Shown piece by piece: positions 36,973 to 50,930 of a stretch of 64,000 bases of DNA (position 1 is its first letter; each line of letters begins with the position of its first letter). The notes under the pieces are model-generated. The model was not told where the DNA came from. It was given only the letters and a program-made list of their open reading frames with translations, and searched no databases. The stretch spans positions 158,596,001 through 158,660,000 of the forward strand of contig OZ024740.1 in NCBI GenBank assembly GCA_964016885.1, given 5' to 3'. Both the position numbers and the translations under genes were made by a program. The DNA comes from Eledone cirrhosa (taxonomy: Eukaryota).

Positions 36973-37929
36973 CCATATCATCTTAAAAATAGGAAAGTTA
37001 TATATTAGATATCATCATCATCATCATCATCATCATCATTGTTTAACATCTGCTTTTCTATGTTGGCTTGCATGAATTGAGAATTTTAGATAAACAAAAA
37101 GGTGGGATAGTCACGGCTGGAATGCCTTTCACCATATGTCTGCTGGTTTAGAGCTGACATGAGATTAAACAACATCAACAACTATAAACATGTTCCGTCT
37201 AGTCAACAGGCTGCAGGATAATTATTTTACATCACCTCGTTAGCACTCTTTATAGTTGAAAAGCACTGTTTAATAGTAATGTTACTGTTGTTGCTGCTGT
37301 TCTTGATCTTACCAGAGATTACTATATATAAATATGGCCCATGAGATGCTTTGATGTCTGCTCCAGTGATTTGAATGCACTTCTTAATGCTAGTATTAAA
37401 TATCATCTATTGCTCTTTCATGTAGAACTTTGAGGGGCGGAGTGCAATTGTGCAGGGCGTGAAACTCCATGAATGAATCCCCTCTTCTCGTCTTACCAAC
37501 CCCTTCCGGATAACTGCGCCTTCCTTGTTAGTTTGCTGCACTGCAAGAACGGCGTAGCTTAGTTCATTGTGTAAGCGGCAAGTAGAAAGGAAATAATCTG
37601 GGATATATATATTATACATGTATATGTGTGTGTGTGGTTGTATGTGTGTATGTACGTATGTTCATTCATTTATTTTTCTGGTTTTATTATTTTATAAATT
37701 TTTACCAATAGAGAGAGAGAGCTGGTTTCTAACATAGAAACAAGATTCTTTCATTGGAATTTAGTCTGCATCAACTAGGTAAACACATTTATGTCTATGT
37801 TTGTGTATGTGTTGTGTGTAGAGGTATGGATGTTATTGCATGTGTGGATCTGTATGTTTTAAGAATATATGTGTTTATGTGCATATGTTTCTGTATCCTT
37901 ACATGTGAATATGCAGTTATTACATGTTG

Positions 37930-38700
37930 AGTTGTTTTACCAATAGAGTACATGTTTTACGTGTTTTTACAATTCCATTAATGGACTGTACTTGCAATTT
38001 CTTAACTAGCGGTAACCTTTCTGGTTCTGTGAAGTCTAGCTTCTCAAGATTTTTACTGAGGTAGTTAGTAACGTATCCAAGAGCCCTGATGATGACAGGT
38101 ACTAATCTAATGGTGTAGACAGGGTGAAGTATTTGCAGATTCCTCATAAGTTCAGCATAAATATTCTCCTTTACACTGATCTTTAGCATTATATTAACAT
38201 TTGTTAGGCAGCTGATTTCCTCTACTGAGTATGCCTTCTTTTCTCTGTCTCATATCACTGTCTGGTCTGTTGTGTTTGCATTTTATTGGGGTTTTGATTC
38301 AAACATTCCACCAGTACTCTTTCATATTATGTATACATATGTCCTCAACATCAATATGTCTTCATAGGTTGTTAGTATCATCATTGGACAGCTGCTTATA
38401 TGTGGGTGACATTTTCAATGTTTATTCCAGAGTCCTGCATCTAAGTGTTTTGCCTACGTCCTTATCTCTTTTGTGCATAAGGTATTTCATTATTTCCTAT
38501 CTTGGATTGCAGAAGCATATCCTTCAAAGTGAAAGCCAATATACTGGTTGTTGGTCCAAGATAGACTATTTTGCTTATTATCTATATTACTCTCACTTTG
38601 AAGCTCTCTGGTCAGCTAAACTCCTTTCTGGCTTCTAACTGTGGGCTCATTGTAAATTATCTACTCTCTATATTAAAAACAAGTGACTCTACTGTATATT
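37930..38700 (-). mobile_element. R4/Dong-like non-LTR retrotransposon relic (CCHC plus restriction-like endonuclease)
   Basis: Minus-strand pieces read CR..NIENVTHI..SSCPMM (zinc knuckle), EYWWNV.IKTPIKCKHNRPD and EISC..NVNIMLKISVKENIYAELMRNLQILHP..VPVIIRALG. Confidence 0.75.
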
Positions 38701-38984
38701 CACACATCATGCAAGATGTTCATGTGTGTGTGTGTGCACGCATGTACACATGTGTGTGTATCTTTCACTGGTGTAGGGATATAAATATCTGAAAGAATGA
38801 AAAAAAAAAAAAGCAGTTCTTTCCAAAGTAAGTTCCTTGAGATAATTGTTTTGCATTGAGTTAAACACCCCTTCCTTTGTTACTTTCGCATCAGAAATAC
38901 AGTGAAATAGTTATTAGCCCACTGAGAACTTGTAATCAGCAATACTACCGTTCCCAACTAATGTTAAAGCCCCTGTCACATATA

Positions 38985-39110
38985 TATTGGTTTGGACATG
39001 TGCTGCGCATCGACAACGATTATTGGGTGAAGAAGTGCCAGAAAATGCCAGTGGAAGGGAGCCATGGTAGGGGTAGACCAAGAAAGATCAGAGGTTGTGA
39101 GAGCTGACCT
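38985..39110 (+). mobile_element. Short RTE fragment
   Basis: WFGHVLRIDNDYWVKKCQKMPVEGSHGRGRPRK. Confidence 0.8.
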
Positions 39111-39213
39111 CAAAATAATTAACATCAAAATCTCATAGATTCAATATTATGTGAGATAATTATCACAAAAATACAATAGTAAATATAGAGTAATGTACAT
39201 GCTAAAGGGTTAA
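39111..39213 (+). mobile_element. piggyBac-type MITE family A, right half
   Basis: catcaaaatctcatagattc..gctaaagggttaa. Confidence 0.7.
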
Positions 39214-40584
39214 TCCTTGTGGAGCCCATCCCTGTCCAGTTCACAACACAGCTGATTGTTAAAGAAGAAGAAACAGTGGAAGTATCGATTAAATCGACCC
39301 CAGTGCATTACTAGTACTTTATTTTATTGACCCCGTAAGGATGCAAGGCAAAGCTAACTTCGGTGGGATTTGAACTCAGAACATAAACGGCCATAACTCT
39401 ATGCTGTGAAACATGTTGTCCGATGCTGTAATGATGCTGTCAATGACTTGAAAACTCTGGTACAAACACTACACTTGTGACAATTATTGACACATAGTGC
39501 TGGGCCCATGGTACCATGTGACAACAAGTGCAGAGAGATCTCCAGATACAAAGCAATGCCTGTGCCGTGAAGCTTTTGTAGTGAGCAAAGACACTGCACA
39601 AAGCCAGTCCCACTCTCTTAACCAAGATGATATTTACCAAAAAGAAGAACAAGTCAACATCATTGGATACCATCAGGGTTGCAGGTGTTAAATCAGAGTT
39701 TTCCTTCTCCTAGAATTCTGCCTTGACAAAGGCTAAGGGGTCATCTGTCCCGGTGATTTTGGATGGCCATTGACTATAAGAGCTCCTTTGCCCTTTGACA
39801 GGTTTTATCTTTAGTCCTGCAGGATGTCCAAAGTCACCCTCCTCACCAAGAAACCTTGGTGGGGTTGCCAGTTTAGTCGCCAACGACCCAACCATGAGAC
39901 AGGTTGTACATACATACATATATAATTACATACAAGCATACATACAGCACTTATGTGCGCACACACACACACACAAACACCCATACACACACATCCAAAC
40001 ATAGTTACATACATATTTGCTTGCTTACATTAAAAAGTTTCATTTTGCAAGACACTTATGTACACATGTATACAGCCTTTATGTACGCATATGCACTAAC
40101 AAGCCCACACATACATGCACACTCCTATGCACATGCATACACACCGTCACTGTGAAAACATTTCAAATAAATTCTTCATTGGTTTTTGACAGTGTGTATT
40201 TCAATTGCTTGATTAATGGACCTACCTATTTAATAAGTTAGCATTTGTTTGAGTATTGCACCAACAGTATTACACCTTTGGTGGAATCTTAAGAGACTCG
40301 GCATGACACAATGACTGACAAGGCTATATATCATCATCTTAATCATTGTTTAATGTTATTTTCCATGCTAACCACTTTACAGTGTGTACTGGAAACAATT
40401 TACTGTGACTCCAGCATTACCACATTACTGTGTACACCACTGGGTGTTTTACATTGTAGCACCAGCACTAACATGTTACTGAGTGGTGGTTTGAGATAGT
40501 TCGAGATAAAATCTCTTCTTCAGAGAGAAATAGCGAGGGACTGTAGTAGTTTGAGTTTGGAGAAAGTGTTAAACCATGCTGGTT

Positions 40585-40763
40585 GACGGTGGATTGGCAG
40601 TATTGGTGGAGGGTCAGACGCCATGCTGTGCAACAGAGTTATGGCCCTTTGTGGTCTGAGTTCATATCACACCAAGATTAACTTTGCCTTACGGGGTCGA
40701 TAAAATAAAGCACCAGTAATGCACTGAGATAATTGCTGGCCTTGTGCCAAAAGTAGAAACAGT
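40585..40763 (+). mobile_element. tRNA-derived SINE
   Basis: ggattggcagtattgg..gagttcatatc..ggggtcgataaaataaag..gaaacag. Confidence 0.8.
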
Positions 40764-40780
40764 TATATATATATATATAT

Positions 40781-41278
40781 ATCATCATCATCATTTAACG
40801 TCTATCTTCCACGCTAGCATGGGTTTAGACGGGAATTGTCCCACTTGAGGCGAGATTGGTTGTCTTGCTCGTATAGGACTGGCTGGCTGGTTTTCTACGG
40901 CTGGATGCCCTTCCTAACACCAACCACGTTTACAGTGTGGACTGGGAGGTTTTTACCGTGTTACCTACACGGCCACATTACAGCGTGGACTGTGTGTTTT
41001 TTTGTCGTGACACCTACACAACTTCATTTATTTAGGACTGGATGTTGTGGTACCAACATAACTTTACAGAGAAAGGGGTGGTGTTGATGGGGTGGGAGTA
41101 GGGGTAGTGGGATGGGGGTGTATTTTTGGTTAAGAGGTGCCTACTGACTGTAGGTTTCGCTTTGTATATAGGCAAGGCGGGTCTTCTGTATTACTGCGTA
41201 ACGCCAAAGATCTCGGACCAGTGACATTGTCTTGGAGAGGTGTAAGTGTGTAAGGTCGGAATTTATCAAATCATCCCA
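40781..41278 (-). mobile_element. RTE 3' end with long UTR
   Basis: [36 protein letters not shown], then UTR and tail. Confidence 0.88.
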
Positions 41279-41622
41279 AAAACATTGTTTACACTCTGCT
41301 AATGTATTGAGTACCTTACTGAACCTAGGACTCACACTCACATATATGTACATAACATGCAAGCATGGAAAAATGGACGTCAAAACAATGATGATGATAT
41401 GTATATATATATATAATGGGGAATTTAGGTCGATATAATGCCAAAGGCACAGAAGCCAATGCAATTATTTCGATCTTGCCTACTACAGAATTGCTCATGA
41501 AGCAAATCCAAGTGATATGTTGATAGGAAAGCACACCAGAATAGTACAAATTAGGCTGATACCAATCAAAGAAATCTAAGAATTTCAACAATTTAATTAA
41601 GAAAGAGTTGAAATATTGACAC

Positions 41623-41654
<32 letters not shown>

Positions 41655-41659
<5 letters not shown>

Positions 41660-41738
41660 TCACACACAGATGCATTATATATATATACATTCACACATTA
41701 TATATATATATATATATATATACATTCACACACAGATG

Positions 41739-41794
<56 letters not shown>

Positions 41795-41861
41795 TCACAC
41801 ACAGATGCATCATATATATATATATATATATATATACATTCACACACAGATGCATCATATA

Positions 41862-41893
<32 letters not shown>

Positions 41894-42070
41894 CATACAC
41901 ATTCACACACAGACGCATCATATATATATATACACATTTCACACACAGACACATCATATATATATATATACATACATACAAATTCACACACAGATACATC
42001 ATATATATACTCATTCAGACACAGTATATATATATATAAACCATTCACATACAGGCGCATCATATATATT
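41655..42070. repeat. Minisatellite: cattcacacacagatgcatca plus variable (TA)n
   Basis: About 9 units. Confidence 0.9.
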
Positions 42071-42423
42071 CATTCATACACATGCTGCATTGTTAGCAAT
42101 TAAAATGCGATATGAAAAACTGGCATGCAACTAGTGAACTTACAAGACCTCAATTGAAAATATATGGTACATTGTAAATATATGTAAAATATGGATGTTG
42201 AGAATATTTATACTAACAGTTTGGAAACAAGTCTTTCTATTTTATATTTGTTCAGAAGATATCATAGATCAATCATGAATAAATAAGGAAAATATATTTA
42301 TTCAAAAATACAAACCATGTCTGAACAAACTCTGAGAAACATTCGACAAGAACTATCCACACTCATACACACACACACACAGCCAGGCACAGCATTCTCA
42401 TTTCTTTTCATAGGACCCTCATT

Positions 42424-42527
<104 letters not shown>

Positions 42528-42669
42528 GCACGTTAGGAAGCTGTAGAAAGCAAGCCAATATAAGTTCTGTATAAGCAAAGCATGGTCATCTGACCTAGCA
42601 TTCCCCACACCAGGACAACTTGTCTAACCCATGCTAGTGTGGAAGAATGGACGTAAAATGGTGATGATT

Positions 42670-42815
42670 CCAAATTCTGTTTCAATAGTTGGAACTTGTT
42701 CTCCATTTCTTTTATGGAATCATGTTTCATAGAGAAATTTCCATGGGCAGCCAGTCATAAACTCCTCTGTTATTGCCTGGACATCTATAACGAATAGCTG
42801 TGAGATGAGGACTTT
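42670..42815 (-). mobile_element. RTE RT-core fragment
   Basis: SQLFVIDVQAITEEFMTGCPWKFLYET, a degenerate form of LF..LQAITEEF.TGCPWELLYADD. Confidence 0.65.
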
Positions 42816-43262
42816 GTTACAATATGGAAAAAGGTCATACATCATAAACTTTGATGTTGTTAAAAGGCCATGGGAGATAATTCTCCTTGAAAGATTTTGA
42901 AGCACTGGATGAACGTTTTTTTCTCTCATACCCATAATGAAGGTTGTATAGGCAGATTTGAGTAGAAATGTGTATGTGTTACCTTGTGTGTAATGTAATT
43001 TTGTACTTGAAACACTTCTAAAGCTTTCCTAAAACCTTAAAACCTGAACACTAAAAAGATACAAAATGTATGTGTGTTACCTAGTGTGTAATGCAATTTT
43101 GTAAATCTTAAACCTTTTTTTAAAAAAAGGTTTTTCGAAATATTTCTCCAAAAAATTAAAACCTAAACATTAAAAAATATGAGGGATGTTGTGTATATCT
43201 TGTGTATGTGTACTTGGGGATCTGTTATATGTGCATTTTTGTGTATGTATAGGTGACAGAAA

Positions 43263-44265
43263 GTCATTTCGGCAATCAAACAGATTTACGCAAACTCCAA
43301 GTGCTGCATATGGACAGAGGATGGTTACAATGACTGGTTTGAGGTGGTTACTGGTGTGCGTCAAGGTTGCTCGCTCTCTCCAATTCTCTTTGCCATAGCC
43401 ATTGACTGGGTACTAAGAAGAGCGTCTAAAGACCAGGGTATATCTTGGGTGGGAGAGCAAAAGTTGTCTGACCTGGACTTTGCGGACGATATTGTTGCAC
43501 TTGCAGAGAGCACAGCTGACCTGCAAATCATTATGAACAATATCAATGTCGAAGCAGGAAGCTTAGATCTCAATATCAGTGCTAAGAAGACCAAAAGCAT
43601 GTTATCTGGGACACACCCATCACCAACTAGTGTTTTCATTGAACAGGGGGAGGTGGAGATAGTGGACAACTTCACTTACCTAGGAAGCTCCATTAACAAT
43701 GGGGGCACCATGGACAGTGAATTGCAATGTAGAATGGGAAAGGCTTCAGCAGCATTTAACCAGCTTGTCAAGATCTGGAAGAACAGGAAGTTCACCCTCA
43801 AAACAAAGATGAGATTCTACAACAGCAACATGCTGTCCACACTCTTGTACGGAAGTGAAACATGGCACCTTAAGACCAGCCAAGAGAAGAAGTTGGACGC
43901 ATTCGATTCCAGGTGTCTGCGAAAGATCCTGGGGATTAAATGGAGTGACCATGTAACAAACCAGGAAGTCAGGAATCGGACCAACCAGCAGCTAGTCTCT
44001 TCTGCCATCTGCAAGCGACGCCTGGGCTGGTTTGGGCACGCTTTGAGACTTCCCCCGGAGAGACTGGCGAACCAAGTACTTAAATGGAACCCACAGGGAA
44101 GCAGATGGAGAGGGCGACCCAAAATGAACTGGCGCCAGACAGTTGAGAGGGACCTGCGAGCGACAAACAAACAATGGCGGGACACTGTGCAACTGGCTGC
44201 TGACCGAACGCGGTGAACACTATGATTGCCTCATGCGTCGCAAGACGCGGGAGCTTCTGAGTCTG
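43263..44265 (+). mobile_element. Recent 5'-truncated RTE-clade LINE with 14-bp TSD
   Basis: Open frame from 43263: VISAIKQIYANSKCC..WFEVVTGVRQGCSLSPILF..LDFADDI..FTYLGS..LLYGSETW..WFGHALR..RGRPKMNW. The TSD ataggtgacagaaa is at 43249-43262 and 44266-44279. Confidence 0.95.
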
Positions 44266-44665
44266 ATAGGTGACAGAAAATAGGGTCATAGGGACAGGAG
44301 CTGACTTTTCCAATACAATGTCTAAAAACTTCAGTTTTGGAGTTTAATCATTTTGGTGAGTATAATTCTTACAAAATACTAAATTTTCATTGAAATAGAG
44401 TGGGCATCTCTAGTTCCATTTATGTATGGCATGGACTTATATCATTATCGTTTAATACATATATATATATCAATATGGGGGCATATTGTCTATATGCTTC
44501 AGTGTCAGTTTGTTCCTGTATATATATATCTATATATATATATCTATATATATAGATAATTAGTATATTTACCAACATATGCGTACAGATGTACACTAAT
44601 GCTAGCAAATACATAAGTTATGTCATAGTACCTAGGTGGTTCTATGCAGGGGGATGCAGAACAAT

Positions 44666-44782
44666 TATATGAAAGACGTAAAATAAGAAAATTTAAAAAA
44701 TTAAAAATTAACTTACTAAAAATTTTAGTAAGTAAGTTAATTTTTAATTTTTAAAATTTTCTTATTTTACGTCTTTCATATA
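44666..44782. repeat. Near-perfect AT-rich palindrome (arms of about 55 bp)
   Basis: tatatgaaagacgtaaaataagaaaattt..acttact / agtaagt..aaattttcttattttacgtctttcatata. Confidence 0.9.
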
Positions 44783-44799
44783 TCTATCTATATATATAT

Positions 44800-45081
44800 A
44801 TACAGGAACAAGCTGACACTGAAGCATATAGACAATATGCCCCCATCCCGTCCCACTGCAATGTGGTCATGGAGGTGTCACGACAAAAAAAGCACCCAGC
44901 ACTCACTGTAAATGAGATTGGTTTTAGGAAGGGCATCCAGCTGTAGAAACCAAGCCAAATCAGTTCCCTTATGAGCAAGACAAGGTCATCCGACCTGGCA
45001 CTGCCCACAACAGGACAACCTGTCTAACCCATGCTAGCGTGGAAGAATGGACATAAAATGGTCATGATGATGATGATGATG
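44800..45081 (+). mobile_element. SINE/RTE-UTR element with (GAT)n tail
   Basis: Reverse complement of the 5371 and 29486 copies. Confidence 0.8.
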
Positions 45082-48000
45082 TATATATGTGTGTGTATAT
45101 AAGCTGTTGAGTTTTAATTTGATGATTGTTATACACAAAACTCAAGGCCCAAAATAACATCTGAAATCTTTTCAGCTTCAAAAATAATCCTTATATTTTT
45201 TGAACAGATGGAATTACTTGCTTACAAAATTGTAGTGTAAATATCTAAGTATTTCATTAAGTTTTGTTTTCATAATATTATCTTGAGTCAGAGTAACATT
45301 GTGTTTATGGTTGGTTCTTTGAATAAAAGATACCATCCACCTGACAGGCTTCCACACAGTTTCTCTCTACCCTGTTTCATATAGAAGGTTTGGGTCATCC
45401 AAAGTTTATGGTAGAAGATAATTGGCCAAAGCACTGCACTAATGGATTGAACTTGGGACCTCATGATTGTAAAGCAAATTTCTGAATAATCCTGCATTGT
45501 CTTCTATCTATGTAGACACATGCACTAACATACAATAATATACACACACACACACACGCACACGCACACGCACACGCACACACACACACTCTCTCTCTCT
45601 CACACACACGCACACGCACACGCACACACACACACTCTCTCTCTCTCTCTCTCACACACATGTACACAAATGTATATATGCGTGTAGAAAGGTACACCTA
45701 GGCATACCTTGGAGGTTGGCATATACACACACAACTTCACTTCACATCTACACATACACACACATATATACATACATGCATTCACATAATCCTTCACAGT
45801 TGCACACATGTACGCACACACACATAACCTGTCATAGATAGACTCTCTCTATATATATACATACATACATGCATACACACACACACAAATATATTTGAAC
45901 AGGAGCATAACCAACAGATGCACACATACATACATACATACATATACACGCACACACACGCATATATGCCCTCGTCACAATCTCACACACACACATATAA
46001 TCCCTCATAAATATATAGACACACATGTATAGACACATGTCCCCAGACACAGGTACAGCTGCAACATACCTAGTGCCCCGCAACTATATTTAAACAGTAG
46101 TTATGCACATATTTTCAATAGCACTGAAGTGCATAATGTGTCTTAGTGCATGATCTTTCTACATTGGTCAACAGCTGCATACTACTGTTGTTGAAGATTG
46201 TTATTGTAGTTGTTTAGCCCCAGGTAAGCCCTGATCCAGCAAACCTATAATTAAAGGCATTCCAGCTGTGATCATCCTGTCTTATTCAAACACAGTATCT
46301 AGGACTGTATTATCTAATCTGTTCTTTCTTTTCTCACTTACTCTTCCCACTCACACTCTCACAAATCTTTCTTTCTCTTTCCCTTTTTTTGTCATTCCTT
46401 TCTGTCTGTTTGTTTGCCTGTCTGTCCAACCATCTATCCATTTCTAAGAAATCCTATTAATGTGAATGCAGAGTTGGTTGCCAGGATAGTGGTAAAATGG
46501 CCTTGCTTCATCAGTGCATGCGCATGTGTTATTTAGTGAGTTGAATGCAGACAAGACTAAGTGGTTAAGAAGTTCACTTTGAAATTATGAGATCCTAAGT
46601 TTGATTCTACCTAGATTTGATTCCATTTGGTAGTACCACAGGCAAGTGTTTTTACAAAAGTTCAACAGGACTAAAATCCTTATGGATGAAATTAAGTAGA
46701 CAGAAACTGTGTGAAAACCCTTCAGTTGGGCTGTATCTGTAATGCAAATGAAAATGAAATTCACAGCTGATGCATATGAAGATTTAACTGACCTCCTATG
46801 AGGCTTCTTGTATGTTTAATTATCGGGGCCCCAGTCTTATCATGGAAGGCAATGTGAAATGGTCTTGCTGAAGAAGACAGCATACCATCTTGTCCAGGAA
46901 TAGAGCTCATAACCTTATAATCATGGGTCTAACAACTTACCTACTAGGCTTTGTGGTGCCAATCATGTCATACTACTTCATGCTGAATTCTGCCTGATAA
47001 TTATTTGAGCTTGCACGTCTGGCATTAGGAAGGGTACCCAGCTCTAGAAACCAAGCCTAAATCAGTCCTGTATGAGCAAGACATGGTCACCTGACCTAGC
47101 ATTGGCCACAACAGGACAACACATCTAATCCATGCTAAAATGAATGTAAAACCGTGATGAAGATGACGTCTCTGCAATATTCAGCCACATAGGGAAAATT
47201 AGCTAAGTCAGTCAGAATGTTGTATTTGTTCTGGCTCTCAAATCCTGCTGGTGTCAACTTCACGCTTCATCCTTTCATGGTCAATATAATAAAGTACCAG
47301 TTCAGGGCTATGAATTGGTAACATTATTAGATCATAACTTTGCCTTTCATCTTACTGGGTTGATAAAATAAAGTACCAGTAATACACTGGGTAATTGTTG
47401 GCCTTGTGCCAAATGTAGAAACAATTATTAGGTCATTGGATTAGATGCTTTGTAGTATTTGTTCTGGCTCTTTGTGTTCTTAGTTCAAATGTTGCTGTGG
47501 CCTGGTTGAGTGGTACACTTAATCCATCACCCAGTTTAACATCATCACCCAGTCTCTGGTTGCCTTTACTGGAGTCAACTGTTGCTAACAATTAAGTCCA
47601 GTTCTTCATTTTGAAGATACTCTCCTTTCGCCTACCAGTTTCAGAGGCTGTGACCTTTACACTCTGACTAAATAATAAAGATCAACCATTAAACCTGTGT
47701 AAATTAGGTGGTGGTAGGAAGAGCATTCAGCCAAAGAAAACCTGCTAAACAAAGGGTAATGAAGTCTCTTCAGTTTGACAAAGACATGACAACCTCTCTA
47801 GTTTTAGTGCTCTGATAAAATGCACTTGACAGAGTGCAGGGTTGTATGTGTGGCCTACAGTCTACCTGGAGGTCAGAGGCTCTGCTTGAATACTGGCTGG
47901 TCTATGACAATATGTCCAATCCCTTCTAGCAAGGAAAACAGGCATTAAATGATGATAATACATAAATAAATATGCATTATGAAAGAGTGAGCAAGTAATT

Positions 48001-48502
48001 CAGTTGAACAACTGGATTACCTCATTGTCGAAACCACTGGCAACATACATGCAAATACTAGAAAATATTTCATCTAACATGATTCTTTTCTTTGATGGGT
48101 TTAGTGAGGAAGAAGAGCCAGTAACTCATGATCTTCACAGATTATTCAAGACTAGTTAGATTGATATAATTGTTAATATTCAGTTTGAATGTCTGTAAGT
48201 TGATATCTGTTTGGAAAATGTGGGTGGGAGAAAAAGATCCTAGTGTGTTGAATGTTACGAGGAATTGTGGTTAGCTCAGGGTCTGGCATGAAGAAGTGTA
48301 GATTGACAGATACAGTATAGGTCATGCAAGAATTATATAAATATGATTATGACCGCTGAATCTGGGTAGTGGTGTTAGTACGTAACAAGCTTGTTGAAAA
48401 GAGCAGTAGCCATTGTCCAAAACACATTGGTATTCTCCATCAAAACTATAAATTTATGCTGGTTGACAGAATGAAGATACTCGAGCATGTGTTTGTTTAA
48501 TG

Positions 48503-48859
48503 CAGGGGTTTTCAAAGAGGGTGCTATCGCCCCCCCCCCCCCCCCCCGGTGGTGTTGAGAAGATTCAGGGGGGGCGCTAGGACCTAAGGAGGAGGCGGCG
48601 GCAGTAGAGATGATATAATAGTATATTGAATATCAAATGATACATATTATATATAGATATAGTAAAATAAAAAATATATAATATTTATTTACACATGGTA
48701 TATATTATATTATTTATTATATATAAATTAACGATTTAATTTATTATATATTATTTACAATTTGCATGTAGGCAGGTCTCTCCAGAAATAGGGGTGAAGG
48801 TGCTGAGTGTATCATGTGGCCATGAGGGTGGGGGGTCTCAAAAAGTTTGAGGACCTCTG
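48503..48859 (+). mobile_element. hAT MITE
   Basis: caggggttttcaaa ... tttgaggacctctg. Internal sequence matches 24742-25053. Confidence 0.8.
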
Positions 48860-49423
48860 GTTTAGTATCTAAGAAGCACATGGTACTTTAATGATCAACC
48901 TGCTAAATCTACTGGCAAAAGAATGAAAACAATAGGAGACGATGAATCTGCAGAGGTCCATCTATGTCGAGAAAAAGATTTTTTAAGTTTGTTATATTTA
49001 CTGTTTTGGTCTTAAACTTTTAAACTGCCATTTTCAGTGAAGTTTTTGAAAAAGTTTTCATGATGGGCAGTTTCAAACTTGAATGCTGGCAAGATTTCAT
49101 CCCCAGGCAAGGGTGGGGAGGAACCTTTGGTGTGGCAGTAACACAATAATAGGCTAACCTCGAGCAAAAATAAACAACAACATCTGCAAAGGAATTTCTA
49201 AAAGCCAGTGTGGGGAATGTTTAAAGGGCCAATGAGAGACACTCTGCACACATTTATATGATGTTTATGCTGTTGGTTGGTGTTGCATATATGGTGTTGG
49301 ATGTGTCATTCTATTGTCTAGCATTCCTTTGCATTGTCTGATGTTTGTTGTTGTTGTTGTCTTTAATAGTTGTAATTGCTATCATTGCTGTTGCTGCTGT
49401 ATTATTATTATTATTATTATTAT

Positions 49424-49527
49424 TCGCCGAGGTTGACTTTGCCTTTCATCCTTATGGGGTCGATAAAATAAAGTACCAGTAATGAACTGGGTAATTGCTG
49501 GCCTTGTGCCTAAAGTAGAAACAATTA
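49424..49527 (+). mobile_element. 5'-truncated SINE inserted in (ATT)n
   Basis: cgccgaggttgactttgcctttcatcc..gaaacaatt, flanked by ATT repeats. Confidence 0.85.
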
Positions 49528-50039
49528 TTATTATTATTATTATTAGTAGTAGTAGTAGTAGTTGCTGTTGTTCTTGTTTTTGTTGTTGCAGCTATAGTAA
49601 TCGTAGTTGTCCTTGTTGTAGCCATAGCAGTGGCGGTGGTGGTGTGGCAGCGGTAGTAGTATTATTCGTATTCATAGTAGTAGTAGTAGTTATTGTTGCT
49701 TTTCTTCTTGTTTTGTTGTTGCAACTATAGTAATTGTAGTCATCACCTTTGCTGCTGTTGTTGCAGCCATTGTAGTAGTGGTGGTAGTAGTGGTAGTGGT
49801 AGTAATTGTTGCTGTTATTGTTTTTGGCATTGCAGCTGTTGTTGTTGCTGATGTCATTCCTTACTATTTACTCCATTCTTTTTCTTTTTACCTGTCCTTT
49901 CAACCCGCCTCTAAATAAATCTGCACCCTCCCACCACAGCTCCTCTCTCCTCCTTTTCTTCCAGTCCCTCCCTCCCTCCTTCCTTCGGTACCATTGCATA
50001 CTCTGCAATGCAACCACTGCTACACTCCTTTCTAACATC

Positions 50040-50440
50040 ACCCTCACCTCACCACCACCACCACCACCACCTTACTCACCTCACCACTACCTCACTCCCC
50101 TCAACACTACCACACTCCTCTCACCCCCCCACTCTACTCTGCCCCCCCCCCCCATCACTGTCCACCACCACCACCACTATACCCCGTCCACCACCACCAC
50201 TATACCCCGTCCACCACCACCACTACACCCTGTCCACCATCACCACCACTATACCCCGTCCACCACCACAACTACACTCTGTCCACCACCACCACCACCA
50301 CCACCACTATACCCCGTCCACCAACACCACCACCACTACATTACACTCATCACCACAGCTACACCTACACACCAATCCTTTCATCTTTTCTTTACTACCA
50401 AGGCCAACCACCATACCACCATAGTGTCTACCACTGAACT
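50040..50440 (+). repeat. (CCA)n-derived low complexity with ccactataccccgtccaccaccacc units
   Basis: Seen directly. Confidence 0.85.
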
Positions 50441-50930
50441 GCACAAAATACAGACACTGCATTGTCTTGACAGTTTTTTTTTTGTGATTTTTTTCTATTT
50501 TTTTGTATTCTGGTGGGTGAGTGGGTAGGGTGGGACAGCCTTTTTTCTTATCCTTTGTAGTTATTGCTTGTTCTACCTACTTACCTACCTACCACCTCCT
50601 TTTTATCACCACCAGCACCTACCCCAGTCAACAACCACCACCACCACGACCAGTCGTGGTTCTTGTTACAGCTCACACCTACATAGGTTTCATTGCCCTC
50701 CTATGAGGTTGCATCTCAGTACATTTCTTGGCTAGTTTAATGATAGGGATTTCGGTACTACAGAGCTGGGACAGATACAGGAAGGCATCCTATCCAAAGC
50801 TCTAACAATTTTGCTAATCTACCATGAAATAATAATTATTTATTGATTCCTAAAGTCAAACTTTTTAGAGTGTATTTGTTCCAGTACATGTACCCTATGG
50901 TGAAATCCTGCTATTGTCAATGTTTTAAAG

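Noticed and set aside
40490-40530. Hammerhead-like CTGAAGAAGAGATTTTATCTCGAAC on the minus strand
   Set aside because: It has GAAC instead of GAAA and no stem III or stem I.
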